Origin: a virus
Direction: 5' to 3' (one strand)
IMG/VR virus record: IMGVR_UViG_3300045988_154156
DNA: 64,000 nucleotides
Positions 35,701 to 48,169 of this stretch are shown here, piece after piece. Made by a program: the position numbers and the translations under genes. Below the pieces are notes generated by a model that worked only from the letters and a program-made list of their open reading frames with translations, was not told where the DNA came from and did not search any database. Each line of letters begins with the position of its first letter. Position 1 is the stretch's first letter.

Positions 35701-36786
35701 ATTATAGCCAGTCTAGGCACCACCGCCATACCAGCCACCGCCGCCTCCTCCAGCTCCGTATCTATAATTAGTGCCCTAAGTAGTACTTGCTCCTTGACCA
35801 AATGCTCCTCCACTACCTGCTTCATATCGAGTAGAACGATATGTACTATTATTACAATAGCCAGTCGCTCCTCCACCATATTTTAAATCATCATGTAATC
35901 CTGCGGCTCCACCACCACCGCCAGCAACAACTACTCGCTAATTATAAGAATCTGTTCCAATACGAATATCAGAAGCGCCACCACCACCGCCGCCAGAAGT
36001 ATAAATATCCTACCACCAACGACGTCCGCCAGATCCGCCACCATTAAATCCACCAGCATTAGTTCCTCTATCAGTACTGTGAGATGATTGTCCTTGGCCG
36101 CCAGCATAACAATATAAAGTAGTATGAGCCTACTTTAAAATAGCTATCTAATAACTGTATCCGCCTTTGCCACCATCATAAGTTGGAAAAACACTAAAAT
36201 TAGCCTAATCATATGACGGAGAACCTCTAGTAATTGTAACTGCAACACTTTCGCCAGAAACAGAAGCACTGCTATCTTTAGTATAGGTCATCATTACTTC
36301 ATCATCTACATTTAAATACTTAGAATAAGTACCATTATTAGTACCGCTTACAGCACTTACGACTGTAGTTCCACCCACTGTTAAAGTAAATTTATCAAAA
36401 TTCTATTCTGTTGTATATGAATATACAAACTAATAATAACCCGCTGTTACACAAGTTAAAATTGTCTGAGCAGTACTACTATCCACAGCTAGATTATTAG
36501 CAGACCAAGTTCCATTAGTATCTGGAACAAAATGATAACTTGAAATAGCTCTAGAAAAATAAGTAGAAAAATTATTAGAAGTAATATTTGTATTATAATT
36601 TATACTACTTGGATTATTGGTACTAGTATAACCAGTTCCTCCTTGAGCACCCCAGCATTCAAATTTATACTATCCAGCAGGTAATTGAACAATTTTTTTG
36701 TTTCCGCTATAAGGACAATTTAATATGTCTCCTGCTCTTAAAAGATAATACTTTGGAATCGAAGAAGTTAAATCATATGTTGCCAT
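32752..36786 (-). CDS. Giant glycine-rich tail fibre/adhesin (about 1,344 aa) built from 4-5 repeats of a poly-Gly module (…KxECWGAQGG…ASDIRI…YARVIVAGGGGG…GGGWYGG…SGYVYTSS…YPSGCLL…ETGHNGNGYVRITV)
   Basis: All long minus-strand ORF fragments (33262-33738, 33766-34008, 34813-35274) are in one frame with ATG 36786 and TGA 32752-32754. Repeated motif blocks were read directly. GC-rich GGN codon runs generate spurious ORFs in other frames. Confidence 0.55.
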
Positions 36787-36789
36787 AAA

Positions 36790-37398
36790 TCAATTCTCCC
36801 TTACTATCCAAATATCTCCATTTTTGCCTTCATTATTAGTAGGAGCTGAAGTAGATACTAATATTGGGCGATAATATCTATTAGTAGAACTTATTGGAGT
36901 AGTACCAGCCGTATATTCAATTGGATTATTAACCATTTTAACTACACCAGTTATTTCATTGTTACCGTTTTTAGTAATATAATTATTTAATTGTGTTGGT
37001 AAATCATTAATTAATAAATATCTACTTAAAATAGTATTTAATTCTGCTTTACTCACATACTCACCATCATTTAAAATTTCACTAAACTACTCTATTGGAT
37101 TAGTCTATAATACTCCTTTTTCAGGCTAGATTTCATAAATACCAGCGTTATCTGTCTCTTTTAATAAAAAATCTGCCTTATTAGCATTCAACTATATGCG
37201 GTATTCTTTAATATTTTCTTTAGTTAAAGTCGCTCCATCTTTAAGTGGACTATCAATAAAAAAATTACCCGTATCAGGTGAAAAATAAGCCCATCCAGGG
37301 TTGAAAGGGACTGCTAATTCTTCCTGCTAAGTACTTTCATTAATTTTATATTTAAATAGATCCTCTTCATTTCCAGAATTTATTTTAAATAATGCCAT
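36790..37398 (-). CDS. Hypothetical structural protein (about 202 aa)
   Basis: RBS AAAGGAGA; ORF 36790-37056 in frame with ATG 37398; 4 TAG. Confidence 0.5.
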
Positions 37399-37430
37399 AA
37401 AGAATCTCCTTTCAATTTTATTTATATAAC

Positions 37431-37509
37431 AAAAAAAATGGGAGAGGATATACCTCTCCCATTTTATTTATATAACAAAAAAATGGGAGAGGATATACCT
37501 ACCTCTCCC
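37431..37509 (-). terminator. Tandemly duplicated intrinsic terminator (two copies of GGGAGAGG-ATATACC(TA)-CCTCTCCC followed by ATTTTTTT, each preceded by the same GTTATATAAATAAAAT spacer)
   Basis: Two about 40-bp direct repeats, each containing an 8-bp GC stem with a T-run on the - strand, downstream of gene 37609-38229. Confidence 0.7.
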
Positions 37510-37608
37510 ATATAATATATGAAAATTATTAAAATATTAAATTGAGAAAAGTATCTTACCTTTCATAATAACTGAAAAAATAAAATACTTTCTTAATTTA
37601 TTTTGTCC

Positions 37609-38229
37609 TTATAATACCAACCAATAAACATCTAATCCACCATCATTACCAACATATCCTTCTAGGCGAGATAGACGTTCCCAAATCTACTAAACAACCT
37701 AATCATCATCAACTACATAATAATCTTCTTCTTGTGAAATATTATCATAATTTAAACGATTATAAACCTTAATTACATCAGGCTAAGTATTTAAATTAAA
37801 CATAAGATTATTTGTGTTTTTTTCAATATGATAAAAAGTAATCATATATTTCAATAATCCGGTCTTTTTAGTAGCACTATAATTTAAAACCCAAGGAAAA
37901 ATAATTTTATCTTTCTTTGTAACTAAATCATAATAAGGAACTGGATAAATACGCTTTTCATTATCAGCATTAATATAACTTACAATACACATCATATTAC
38001 TTAAATCAACTAAGCCATGATACCTATTTACTTCAAAATAAAGTGTCTCAGCAGCATGATCGCCTTCAATAGTAACATAATTATTAGTATTCTCAATTTT
38101 TTTAGTCTAAAGATTAATTTTTATTAATGCTTCATCTTCTGGGCTTGGTAAAGATGGATATTTAATTGGAAAATTTTCATCTTCTAATTGGTATAATAAC
38201 TGTTGATAATCGGCAGGATTAGTTATCAT
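37609..38229 (-). CDS. Hypothetical protein (about 206 aa)
   Basis: ATG at 38229 (AGGTGAGATTGT upstream); contains ORF 37783-37995; about 5 TAG; TAA stop. Confidence 0.45.
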
Positions 38230-38242
38230 ACAATCTCACCTC

Positions 38243-39964
38243 TTATCCAAGACTAACTTTATTAGTACTCTTAGATTTTATTGCGCCCTTCTTAATAGTT
38301 ACTGTATAAGCAATAGCATTATTAGTATTAGCGATAGGAACTATAATAGTATTATTAGTAATTGCTTGAGATATACTATAAACGTTCTTACTGGTATCAT
38401 CATAGAAATCAACAATAAATTCACCAATAGAACCCAACTCATTAGTAGTATTTCCAACAGTAATAACATAATTAGTACCATCAATAGCACAAGAAGCGTT
38501 AATATTTATATTAGATATATCTAAGCAATGAGTAAATGGATAAATAGAGTTAAATTCTTTACTATCTCTATTCTTTACAGCAACAACCTTTGGTTTATAA
38601 ACTCCTTCATCAGAAGTTAATACCAATGTATTTGTATTATTCTCAATTAATGTACTATCTTTATACCAACTATAAGTAAATTCAATACCAGCATCTATAT
38701 TAGGTTTCAACTAAATAGTCTTTTCACCGTAATAATAAGCACCACTTTCATCATTAGAATCTGGGGCTGGACTATAATTAAATGATAAATCACTTGGTAA
38801 GCCAGTAACAATAACAGATAACTCATTATTATTTATAATTTGACTCTTATCATTTGCGGTTTTACCATAGGCAGAAACTGTATAAGTACCTTTTTCAGTA
38901 ATTTCGCAATAAGCAACTTTCAAATACAGATTATCTTTTTTCTCTTCAAAGCTGGCCGCATCTAAAATACCACTTACGTTATTATAATCAGTACCATTAG
39001 CTTCATAATAACTTAATTTACCATTATAAGTTGTATCAGTAAAAATACTATTTTCACCAGTGAGTTTCATATAATTATACTTTTGTGCCTCACTAATTGG
39101 ATATGCAGTTCCATTATCAGTGCGAACCCAATCATATATAATATTGGTACTTTCAATATTATTCTATGTATCATTATATGCTAAAGCATAAATTTTATCA
39201 CCAGTGATATATGCTTCTTTTTCATTCTTAATACCAGATAAGAAAGCAATAGTATCTGCTACGCCGCTACCAATACTCTTAGTAGAATCAATTAAAGATT
39301 TTAAATAATTATTCATATAATCAACTGGCTCTGCAGTTAATATATTTTCATCAATATCTAAACCTTTACTAATTGTCATTTGAGCTGGTAAAGTATTTAA
39401 CATATATTCATACTCTCTATCATTCTTCTTTTTAAAGAATACAATAGAAAAATATACTGTACCAGGTTGTGCGGTTATTGAATTATCAATAGGCCACTCA
39501 AAAATAATTTTTCCACTTTCACTAGTGATATCTCTAAAACGAGATTCAGAGAAACCTTTTATACTATCATCAACATACCATTGAACGAAAATACGGATTC
39601 CATTTTCAGCTAAATCCTATATATCAAAATATCTATCTATTCTAAACCAAATAGTTTCAGCCATATGATCTTTAGCGACATTTAAAAATACTGTCTTACC
39701 AAAATCATTACCCAACTTAATACGTCTTGTATTCGCATCTATATCTATAATTTGCTCATCTACTGGAACACGAATTACAAATGGATTAGTTGCGGCCATC
39801 TTTACAATACCAGTTATATTTTCAAAATAATCAGATATACTATTAACTTCTACAAGTTTACCTTTGTCATTAGTAACATTATTATCTTTAGCCAATTTAT
39901 TGATAGTATTAAAAAAAGTATCCCAATTACCATGCTCTTTATTCGTATCAATTCTAGTAATCAA
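38243..39964 (-). CDS. Virion structural protein with Ig-like C-terminal domains (about 573 aa)
   Basis: Four ORF fragments (39617-39964, 39164-39403, 38711-39070, 38243-38710) are all in the same frame, joined by TAG. TTG start after AAAGGAAGAG. Confidence 0.55.
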
Positions 39965-39983
39965 AACTTATCTCTTCCTTTCT

Positions 39984-40031
39984 AAAAAAATTAGGGTAGA
40001 TAGATTTTACCTTCTATCTACCCTAATTTTT
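39984..40031 (-). terminator. Intrinsic terminator (TTAGGGTAGATAG-loop-CTATCTACCCTAA) with T-runs on both strands
   Basis: 13-bp stem flanked by AAAAAAA on the 5' side and TTTTT on the 3' side; downstream of small gene 40062-40262. Confidence 0.7.
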
Positions 40032-40061
40032 AATTAAATTAAATAATCAACATTTGGCCGA

Positions 40062-40262
40062 TTATTCTTCATACCATTCTTCTAATTCATCTTCTGGAAC
40101 AAGAGGAGATACAGTATAATATTCTTTACCATCTTTAGTAACTCGTTTACCATAATCAGCATATAATCTATACATTTTCATAGCAGTAACCCCAGGTAAA
40201 TGAACACCAGTCTCAATCGTTCCATTAGTACCTACATATCTATAAATTGTATCTTTTTCCAT
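40062..40262 (-). CDS. Small protein (66 aa, no TAG)
   Basis: RBS TAAGGAGAA; intact ORF; followed by a strong terminator. Confidence 0.55.
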   Translation of the reverse strand: MEKDTIYRYVGTNGTIETGVHLPGVTAMKMYRLYADYGKRVTKDGKEYYTVSPLVPEDELEEWYEE

Positions 40263-40273
40263 AAAAATTCTCC

Positions 40274-43200
40274 TTATCTTACAATTGGATCAAAAGTATA
40301 TTGACAACCACTATTCTAAATATTAGAAATTACTTCATTCATTGCTGCCATAACAGAACTTTCAAATTGAGCACGATAATAATATCTAATAGTACCAGTA
40401 TACTTATTGCCCTTAGTTGGACCAAATGCAGTAGATTGAGTTAAAGAATTTGGCATACAAGCAAACTAACTTAATGGATATTTATTAGTACCTAACTGAA
40501 TTAATAAAGCACCAGTTATTGGATATACATTATCAACTTTGCTGCCAATAATATGCATACGACCAAAAGAATTACTATTTAAATTAAGTACTCCGTCTTT
40601 ACATCCTTCTAAAACGAAAGATTTAGTTTTTCCACCAATTTGTGTTTCCTAAAAAGCATAACTACCAATATATAAACCTTTTAAGGAAGAGGAATAAGGA
40701 ATACGTTCAACCTAATTTAAATTAGTTTTATAGAATGTATAATCACCTATTTTTTCTAAACAATCACTAAATTCAAAATACTATAAATTAGTTGCACCAA
40801 AAAATGTTCTACTATCTATTGAAGAAATTTTATTACTCAATTTTGGACTAAAATAAATACCAGTAACATTAGTATTCATAATAAAAGCTGTTGCACTTTG
40901 ACTGCCACTAGTATTTTCAATACGAGTAATAGATTGTCCATTATAAGTTGATGGTAATGTAATTTTTCCTCCTAAATACTTACACATATCAAAGAAATGT
41001 ATATAGTAAGTATTATTAGAAGTATCTTTTCTTATTTCATAATATTGATGATTATCATCATTTTCTAAGATATTATCATAAACATTAACTAATTCTCCAA
41101 TAGCATAGAAGGTACGATCAGCATATGCTAACTGTTTATTTAAATCAATTCTTACGCCATCTGGACTATCAGCAGCCCAGCCTGTTTGTTTCCAAGTTGT
41201 TTCAAAAGAAATCAATCCTTGCGCTGGACGTGTTTCATCCGTATTAAAATCATCTACGCTGTTCTTATAGTAATAGAAATTATTAGGAACGGTGATTCTA
41301 GTACCGTATAAATAAGTTCCAGTTACCTTAGAAATACCATCACCATTCACAAAAGTAATTTCATATGATTTACGCTCAAATCCTGCTGTAAATACATAAT
41401 CTAATTTATTTGGATTTAATGTTAAAGTATTCCAATTATTTGAAGTAATCTAATCCTTCTTATTTTCGTCTTTATCAACTGTAATTATGAAATTATTATT
41501 TTCATCTTTCCAGCCTTTAAAATCATCAATAGGACGCTTTTCCTACAAAGTACCAAATGAAATATAATTATTCTTTGTTTTATCTGTAGGATCATCAAAG
41601 AAGGTTTGAGAAGAAGAACCATCAGAATTCTTAATTAACTTCTAAGTTTTTAAGATTTCTTGAGCAATAACATTTCCATCTTCATCTGTTTCTTCAACAA
41701 TAAATTTTACAGAGTATTCCTTATTAACATTTTTTACAAAAATTGTTAAATTAGGATAAATGGATTGAAGTTCATTTTGAATAATATGCTCATCAATAGC
41801 TTCATTATTTTCAATATATACAATACCTGTAATATTAGGATTTTTCTAGTTTATACCTTTAAAAGTATTATCTTTATTGTAAATCTAAGATTCATCATAA
41901 ATTTTCTTTAGTAAGTCAGTGTAATTTACTATTTTACTATGGATTTCTTCGTAGCCATTTACCGTTTCATCAAGGTAGTAAATTAATCCATTCTTAATAT
42001 CTAACGTAGTAATTTTACTAACTTCATTATATGGGATTACATCTAATTGAAAATGTCCGTTATCTTTAAAGTATTGAACATTATCAGGATCTAATTCAAT
42101 TTTATCATCATTCAATAATCTATATGGACTCCATTGGACATCAACAAAATTAATTTCACAATCTTTTAAATTACTCTTTTTACATCCAAGATAATAGCGT
42201 CTTAATAATTCATAACTATAATATCCAAGATTGCCGCCTTCAATATCCATAGTTTTGATTTTAGTTTCAATTTGGTCATCATCTTTATCTGTCAGATTCT
42301 AAATATATAATCCTTTATTTTCATCTGCTACAACTAATCGTCCTGTCGTCGGATTAAGTGTAGGATTAACATAAGTAGTAATTAATTTATTCAATAAATT
42401 TGCTTCAATTAAAGTTAAATAATTAGTTTCACTAGTTAAATAAAGCGTATCTAATGCTACGCCTTTTGCAAATTCTACTCTTGGAATATTAGATCCAGTA
42501 TTTCTAAAGTTTTCTAGCTTTTCACTCTTAGTTAAATTTAATGCTGGCTAATCTTTCTTAAAAGTAATATTACATAGATTCATTTCTTTTAATAAAGGCA
42601 TACCAGTTTTAGGATAAGACCAATCATTAACATCTTTATTAAAATAAGCATATGGCTAACCATCTTCGATAGCAAGACCATCATAACCCAATAATAAATC
42701 TGTCATTTTATCTGCTTTACCTTCCATAGCAAATTCTTGGAAATATAATTTACTTAAATCTCCTAAAGATTTCATCTAATCAGTACCATAAATATAATAT
42801 AACTATTCACGATAATTACCACTAGACATAATACCTTTCTTTAAATCAGGAGCTGTAAATTTAACTGGACTTAATCCATTATATTTCTAAGAAGCAAAAT
42901 TTGCTCCATCAGTACCAACAGTAACATATGAATTACGTGCTGGCGACATTTCAATCCAATATTCGCCGTCAAAAATATGATTCTTTTCACCATATTCAAT
43001 ATTATCTTTCCAATATTGAGCATTAGTAACTAAATTAGTCATACCTTGAGTATTAGTACCTTCAATCCATTTATCAGAAGTATTCTTTGGGTTATTCGCA
43101 GAAATACGACTTCTAATAAAATTACCACCACTACCACTAGCATAACCATCAACAGTTAACCAAGAATCAATATAGTTAAGACGATTAGATAAAAATTGCG

Positions 43201-46200
43201 CGCGATATAAGTTACGGTCACCCTATAAAGCATAAAAATATTGGTCAGTTTCTACCGCATATTTGCCTTCATTAGTTAAACGACCAAATATAGTATTTTC
43301 AGCGGCTGAATTAGTAGGAATAATATATTTATATTCTTCATCTAAATTTAATGCCAATAATGGGCGGTCACCCTTCACAGCATAACTATCAGGGAACACT
43401 GAAGGATCAGTTTTATACCATTTATCAACAATCGCACTTTTATCACTATTGGTATCAGAGTCTTTAGCAAAAATCTAAGTGACTTTAGATGGAGTATAAG
43501 ATCCATTACTAAATCCCATTAATTGCTTATATTTATCTACAATTTTGCTCTTAAAAAATTGATAAAAATTATTCCACAATACACTATCATTAGTAGAAAA
43601 ACTTCCATCAATAGTGGCATCAACGTAATATTCAAATGATGGAATACCAGTATTATTAATACCTAATTGAGTATCAATATCATAGAAAATTGGATACCAA
43701 ATATAATGTTGAATTCCAGTCGCTTTTTCGATATTATTCTTTTGTGGACCCCACGAAGCAAACATCGCATTTTTACCACGAGAGTCATAACATTCAAAAA
43801 TTTCAGTCATTAAGAAATAAGTTGCTAAATATTCAATATTAAAATAATTACTTAACTCATTCTTAAATTTTGCTTGACGATATTCTTTACAATCTTTAGT
43901 ATATGTTACTCCACCATAAGTAACAGGAGCCGGTAATAACCATCTATCATCAATATTAGCTTCATTCTGAATTAACTAATAATAAGATTCATTGGCATTA
44001 AATCTATCATTACTAATAGTATAAATATTATTTTTTTCATCTTGTAAAATATAGTATATACCAGTCTTATAAACTTTATTTTCATTATTAGTTAAAGTAA
44101 TTAAATTATAATCTATTCCATTTAATTTATAATACTTTATTTCAGAATTAAATTCATCATTAGAAATTCCATATATATCATTACCCGCATCATTAGTTCC
44201 GGTAACTACATAATATTTTCCTCTTTCGTATAAAGCTTCTGCTAATCCATCTACTAAATTATATTGACCAATAGAAGGAATTTCATATAAAATTCCATCA
44301 AAATCAATACTACAATCTAAACAAGTACTCCAAACCCAACTAACAGCATCCTCCCAGTTAGACATTAATGCTAGTAATAATTCACGAGAGGTATTAGCAT
44401 TAGTACTATCAAATTTAACAGATTCCTAACCTGGATTTGTAATAATTATTTCAGTAGATTTTTGACCTGTAGTTTCATCAGTAATTTTATTAACTTGGAT
44501 TCTGTCTGGAGCTGTATTAGCTATACCATTAACCCAGTCAGGTAAATCATCAGCGTAACTACCTGAAGCAGTATCTTTACATTCGAATAAAGCTTTTGAA
44601 ATTAAATCATCATTAGCATTATATCTAACTTCAAAAGAATCGGCTACCATTGGAGCACCATGAGTAGTTACCCCATTATTATTATCCATAATTGGAGGTC
44701 TAAATGATAACTTATAACGATTCCAAGGATCGCGGAAAGAACAATAAGTTCTTGAGTTATTCTAGAACTCCCAACATTCAGCAATATCTCTTACTTTTGG
44801 TTTTCCTTCAATCTAATTCTATAAAACTTTTTTATTGGGCTTAAATCCAAAACATTCATCAGAGCCTTTGTCCAATAACATATTATATTTACCAATATAT
44901 ATAATATCACTTTCATTATTATATTGATTATTATTATCTGAAGGCCAATGGAAAGCTAAAACAGGGAATCCTTTCATGGAAGTTCTATAGTCATCAGTAT
45001 TTCCATATAAATCATAGTTATCAAAAGAATCTTTATAATCACAAATCGGATGCTATGAATAAGTTTCATTAACCAAATTAGCAAAACCTCGGTTATAATC
45101 ACCAGAAGATTCCATAAAATCTATTTTTAATGTAAATTTAGTTGTACCAACTGTCTCATTATCCATATAGAAAAATTCAATAAAGCATTTGCTATTTTTA
45201 TTTAAAGTATTATTAGTTTTATCTTCTTCATATAATTTTTCAAATGGACCTTTATTCATAAACATTACATTTTTACATTTAGCTTTATAATTACGACGAG
45301 GATAATTTCTAGAAGAAGTTCCCTAAACCTAAAAAGTACATCCATCAATAGTAGTAGTAAAACTAGGACAATGATGCATATAATAATTTTGGACAGGAGT
45401 GTAAATAACTTCTTTAGTTACACTATCCAAAATCGGAGGCCATTTTACAGGATCTAAATTTACTATATTATCTAGTTCACCACGAGCATAGGCAGCATCC
45501 AAAGGTACATTTATAAATTCTAAAGTACCCGCTTGCGCGCCTTTATCTTTAGAATAAGGCAATCTATTCTAAGTATTTTCATTATTATTAGCAGTAGTTC
45601 GCAAAATAATATATGGCATCAAAGGCTCATCTTGATGAGCGCTATTATAAGCTTTCATTCGCTGATAAGAAAAAACTTCATCTTGAATATCAGCTCGAGA
45701 TTCATATAAATCTTTCTAATCCCAATACTTAATATTTTTTTTATCAAAAGCATAATTCTATACAACTTCATGAATAGATAAATCTGTGTCATATACTCTA
45801 ATACTATACAAATCAATATCACAAGTATTAGACATAAATTTAATTACATCAGAATTAATACTCCACATTGAAGAACTACTACGACGAGCAACGCTAGTTA
45901 AAACACCATTCATAAAAATTTCTAATAACTTAGAGTTGCCACCAACCATGCCCTCTTTTGCCTTTGTATAAACAAAAGTTAAATTTAACATCTTATCTTC
46001 AACAAAATCAACAGATACAGTTTCTTCTTTACCATTTGCAGTAAATGTAGCGTCCTATGGACTAAAATAAATACCCAATGGATCTTCTTCTGAGCCATAA
46101 GCGCAAATTAAATTATTTTTTAAATCAAAAATCTACTCTAATCTATCATAAGTTAATTCATCATAAGTTGGAGCTTCTGGATGTTTAGGTAAATATTCCT

Positions 46201-48049
46201 AAGTTAAGAAAGTATCATAATTTAAATATGTACTCTGATTTCGGAATTCTTTCCAAGCATCATCATCAGTCCAATCCTATTTAGAAGAATCTGCTTCATC
46301 ACTGGCTTTATAACGAGTATATTTAGTAATAACCTTAGTATAATTCTAAGGATTTCTAATTTTAAATTGAATTTCAATAGTATGCGTAGAGGTAGCACTA
46401 CCATTATCAAACTCCAATGAACCAATAGGAATAGAAATTTCAGCACCATTACTAATTCTTAAACAAGTTACATTATTTTCATCAAATAGCCAACCATTAT
46501 TATACCAGTTAAAATTCTTAAACGTTGCACGCTTACCATTAATTTCAAGAGTTTCTCTGCTTAATTTACTTTCTGAATTTGAACGTCCAGTAGCAACAAA
46601 ATTAACTTTTAAATCACTTTCACGCGCTAACTTCATATCACGTAATGGATCAACTGAAATATCAAAAGTAAAATTACGAGAATAATCATACGGTTCTGTA
46701 CCAACTTTAATAGTATAATAAGCGCTATCATTTACAGCAAGATTAGTAATTTCCCAATATTCCCATTCAGCATTATTAGAAGTAATTTGTCTTGTACCAA
46801 TTAATACACCATTTTTATATAAATAGACTGTGGCAATTTGATTATTTGGATCTAATACTTTAAAAGGAATTCTAATTGTTTCATAAGTATAGTATTCTGT
46901 TTTAAAATTACCAGTCCAAATTAAAGGAATTAAGCTCGTTCTATCTCTAATAGCAATTTCTTTAGTAATAAATGGCGTTCCATTACCTTTTATTCCATTC
47001 TAAGATAAATATAATTTTGCTTTAATAGTATGTTCTCCATGAGTAAAAACATCTTTTAAAGTAGTCGCTTTAGTTGAATTTAAAATAACTGTATCAGCAG
47101 TAATAGTAAAATCATCATTAGCTTGATTAATGTTATCTCCTTTATATTCTCTATTCAAAACTAGATAATCATCAAAATATACTTCTATGGTACGTTCTAC
47201 TCCACTTGACATTAACCATGCTGTTCTCACTGAACCATCATCAAAAGGATAAATATTAGAAAAATTATCTTCCTTCCAAGATAAATCCAAAGCATGTTTT
47301 GTAATAAATACAGTACGCTTAGTTGGCGCTAAAAATTTATTATTTTCAGGGTCTGGATTGTTAGTAATATCAAAAGTAATTTGATGAGTAGTTGAATCTC
47401 TTAATACTTCTGTTAAATCAAATGTTTGAGCAACATTATGATTGAATACAACTCTATCACTTTGCCAAATTACTTCATATCCTTCACCAGATTTATTTTG
47501 CTAACTAACTGTTATTTGACCTTCTACAGACTCTGCTTGCGGCACGTTATCTATAGTACGGCACTTAACTAAAACAGTCACACTAGCCTATTCATTATTT
47601 AAAATATCTTGTGTACAATTTAAAGTTAAAGAAGTAGAACCTAGTACTTTTTTTTCAGAGCTTTCGTCACTTCCTCCACCCATTGTTAATTTTTCACATT
47701 TTGCACATTCTTCTCGATCTTCATTTAATCCAGTTCCTATAATGCGATAAAAGCATCCATCTGAATTTAAAATTAAATCATTTATATGATAATTTGTTGT
47801 CGATAACTTACCAATCTCAATTAAATAATCAATAGGATTCTCATCTATATCATATTCAATTTCTGCGTTATCATCAGTACCATATATTACCTATACGCCA
47901 CTAGAACCAATGGGTAATTTATTCTCGTCGGCAGTATCTAAATAAATGCGGCCAGTATCAGTGGCAACATAAAAATATCCTTCAGTCTAAGGAAAATTTT
48001 TAATCTTTTCTTCTAGGCCTTGTACTGGACGGAAATGAATTTTAGACAT
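40274..48049 (-). CDS. Giant virion protein (about 2,591 aa), putative tail/baseplate adhesin with C-terminal BspA-type leucine-rich-repeat-like region
   Basis: Eleven minus-strand ORF fragments (47000-47290 through 40781-41350) share one frame with ATG 48049 (RBS AAGGAGTAAAAT) and TAA 40274-40276. C-terminal repeats such as …ISSIDSRTFFGATNL(TAG)YFEFSDCLEKIGDYTFYKTNLN… resemble LRR_5. About 60 in-frame TAG. Confidence 0.55.
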
Positions 48050-48071
48050 ATTTTACTCCTTTCTATCCTAT

Positions 48072-48111
48072 AAAAAAATTATGGGGAAAGAAGAACACCT
48101 TCTTTCCCCAT
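48072..48111 (-). terminator. Strong intrinsic terminator (ATGGGGAAAGAAG-loop-TTCTTTCCCCAT followed by T7 on the - strand)
   Basis: 12-13 bp GC-containing stem; A-run on + means a T-run on -; located after gene 48170-49858. Confidence 0.8.
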
Positions 48112-48169
48112 AAAAACATTCTTCTATATAAGAAGAAAAAATTATAAGCAAAATTAATTTATATTGGCC

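Noticed and set aside
34813-36047. ORFs 34875-35174 (+), 34968-35150 (-), 35616-35879 (-), 35632-35886 (+) and 35841-36047 (+) with His/Arg- or Val/Leu-rich products
   Set aside because: They overlap the GGN-codon-rich segments of the giant glycine-rich gene and are out-of-frame or antisense readings of GC-rich coding DNA.
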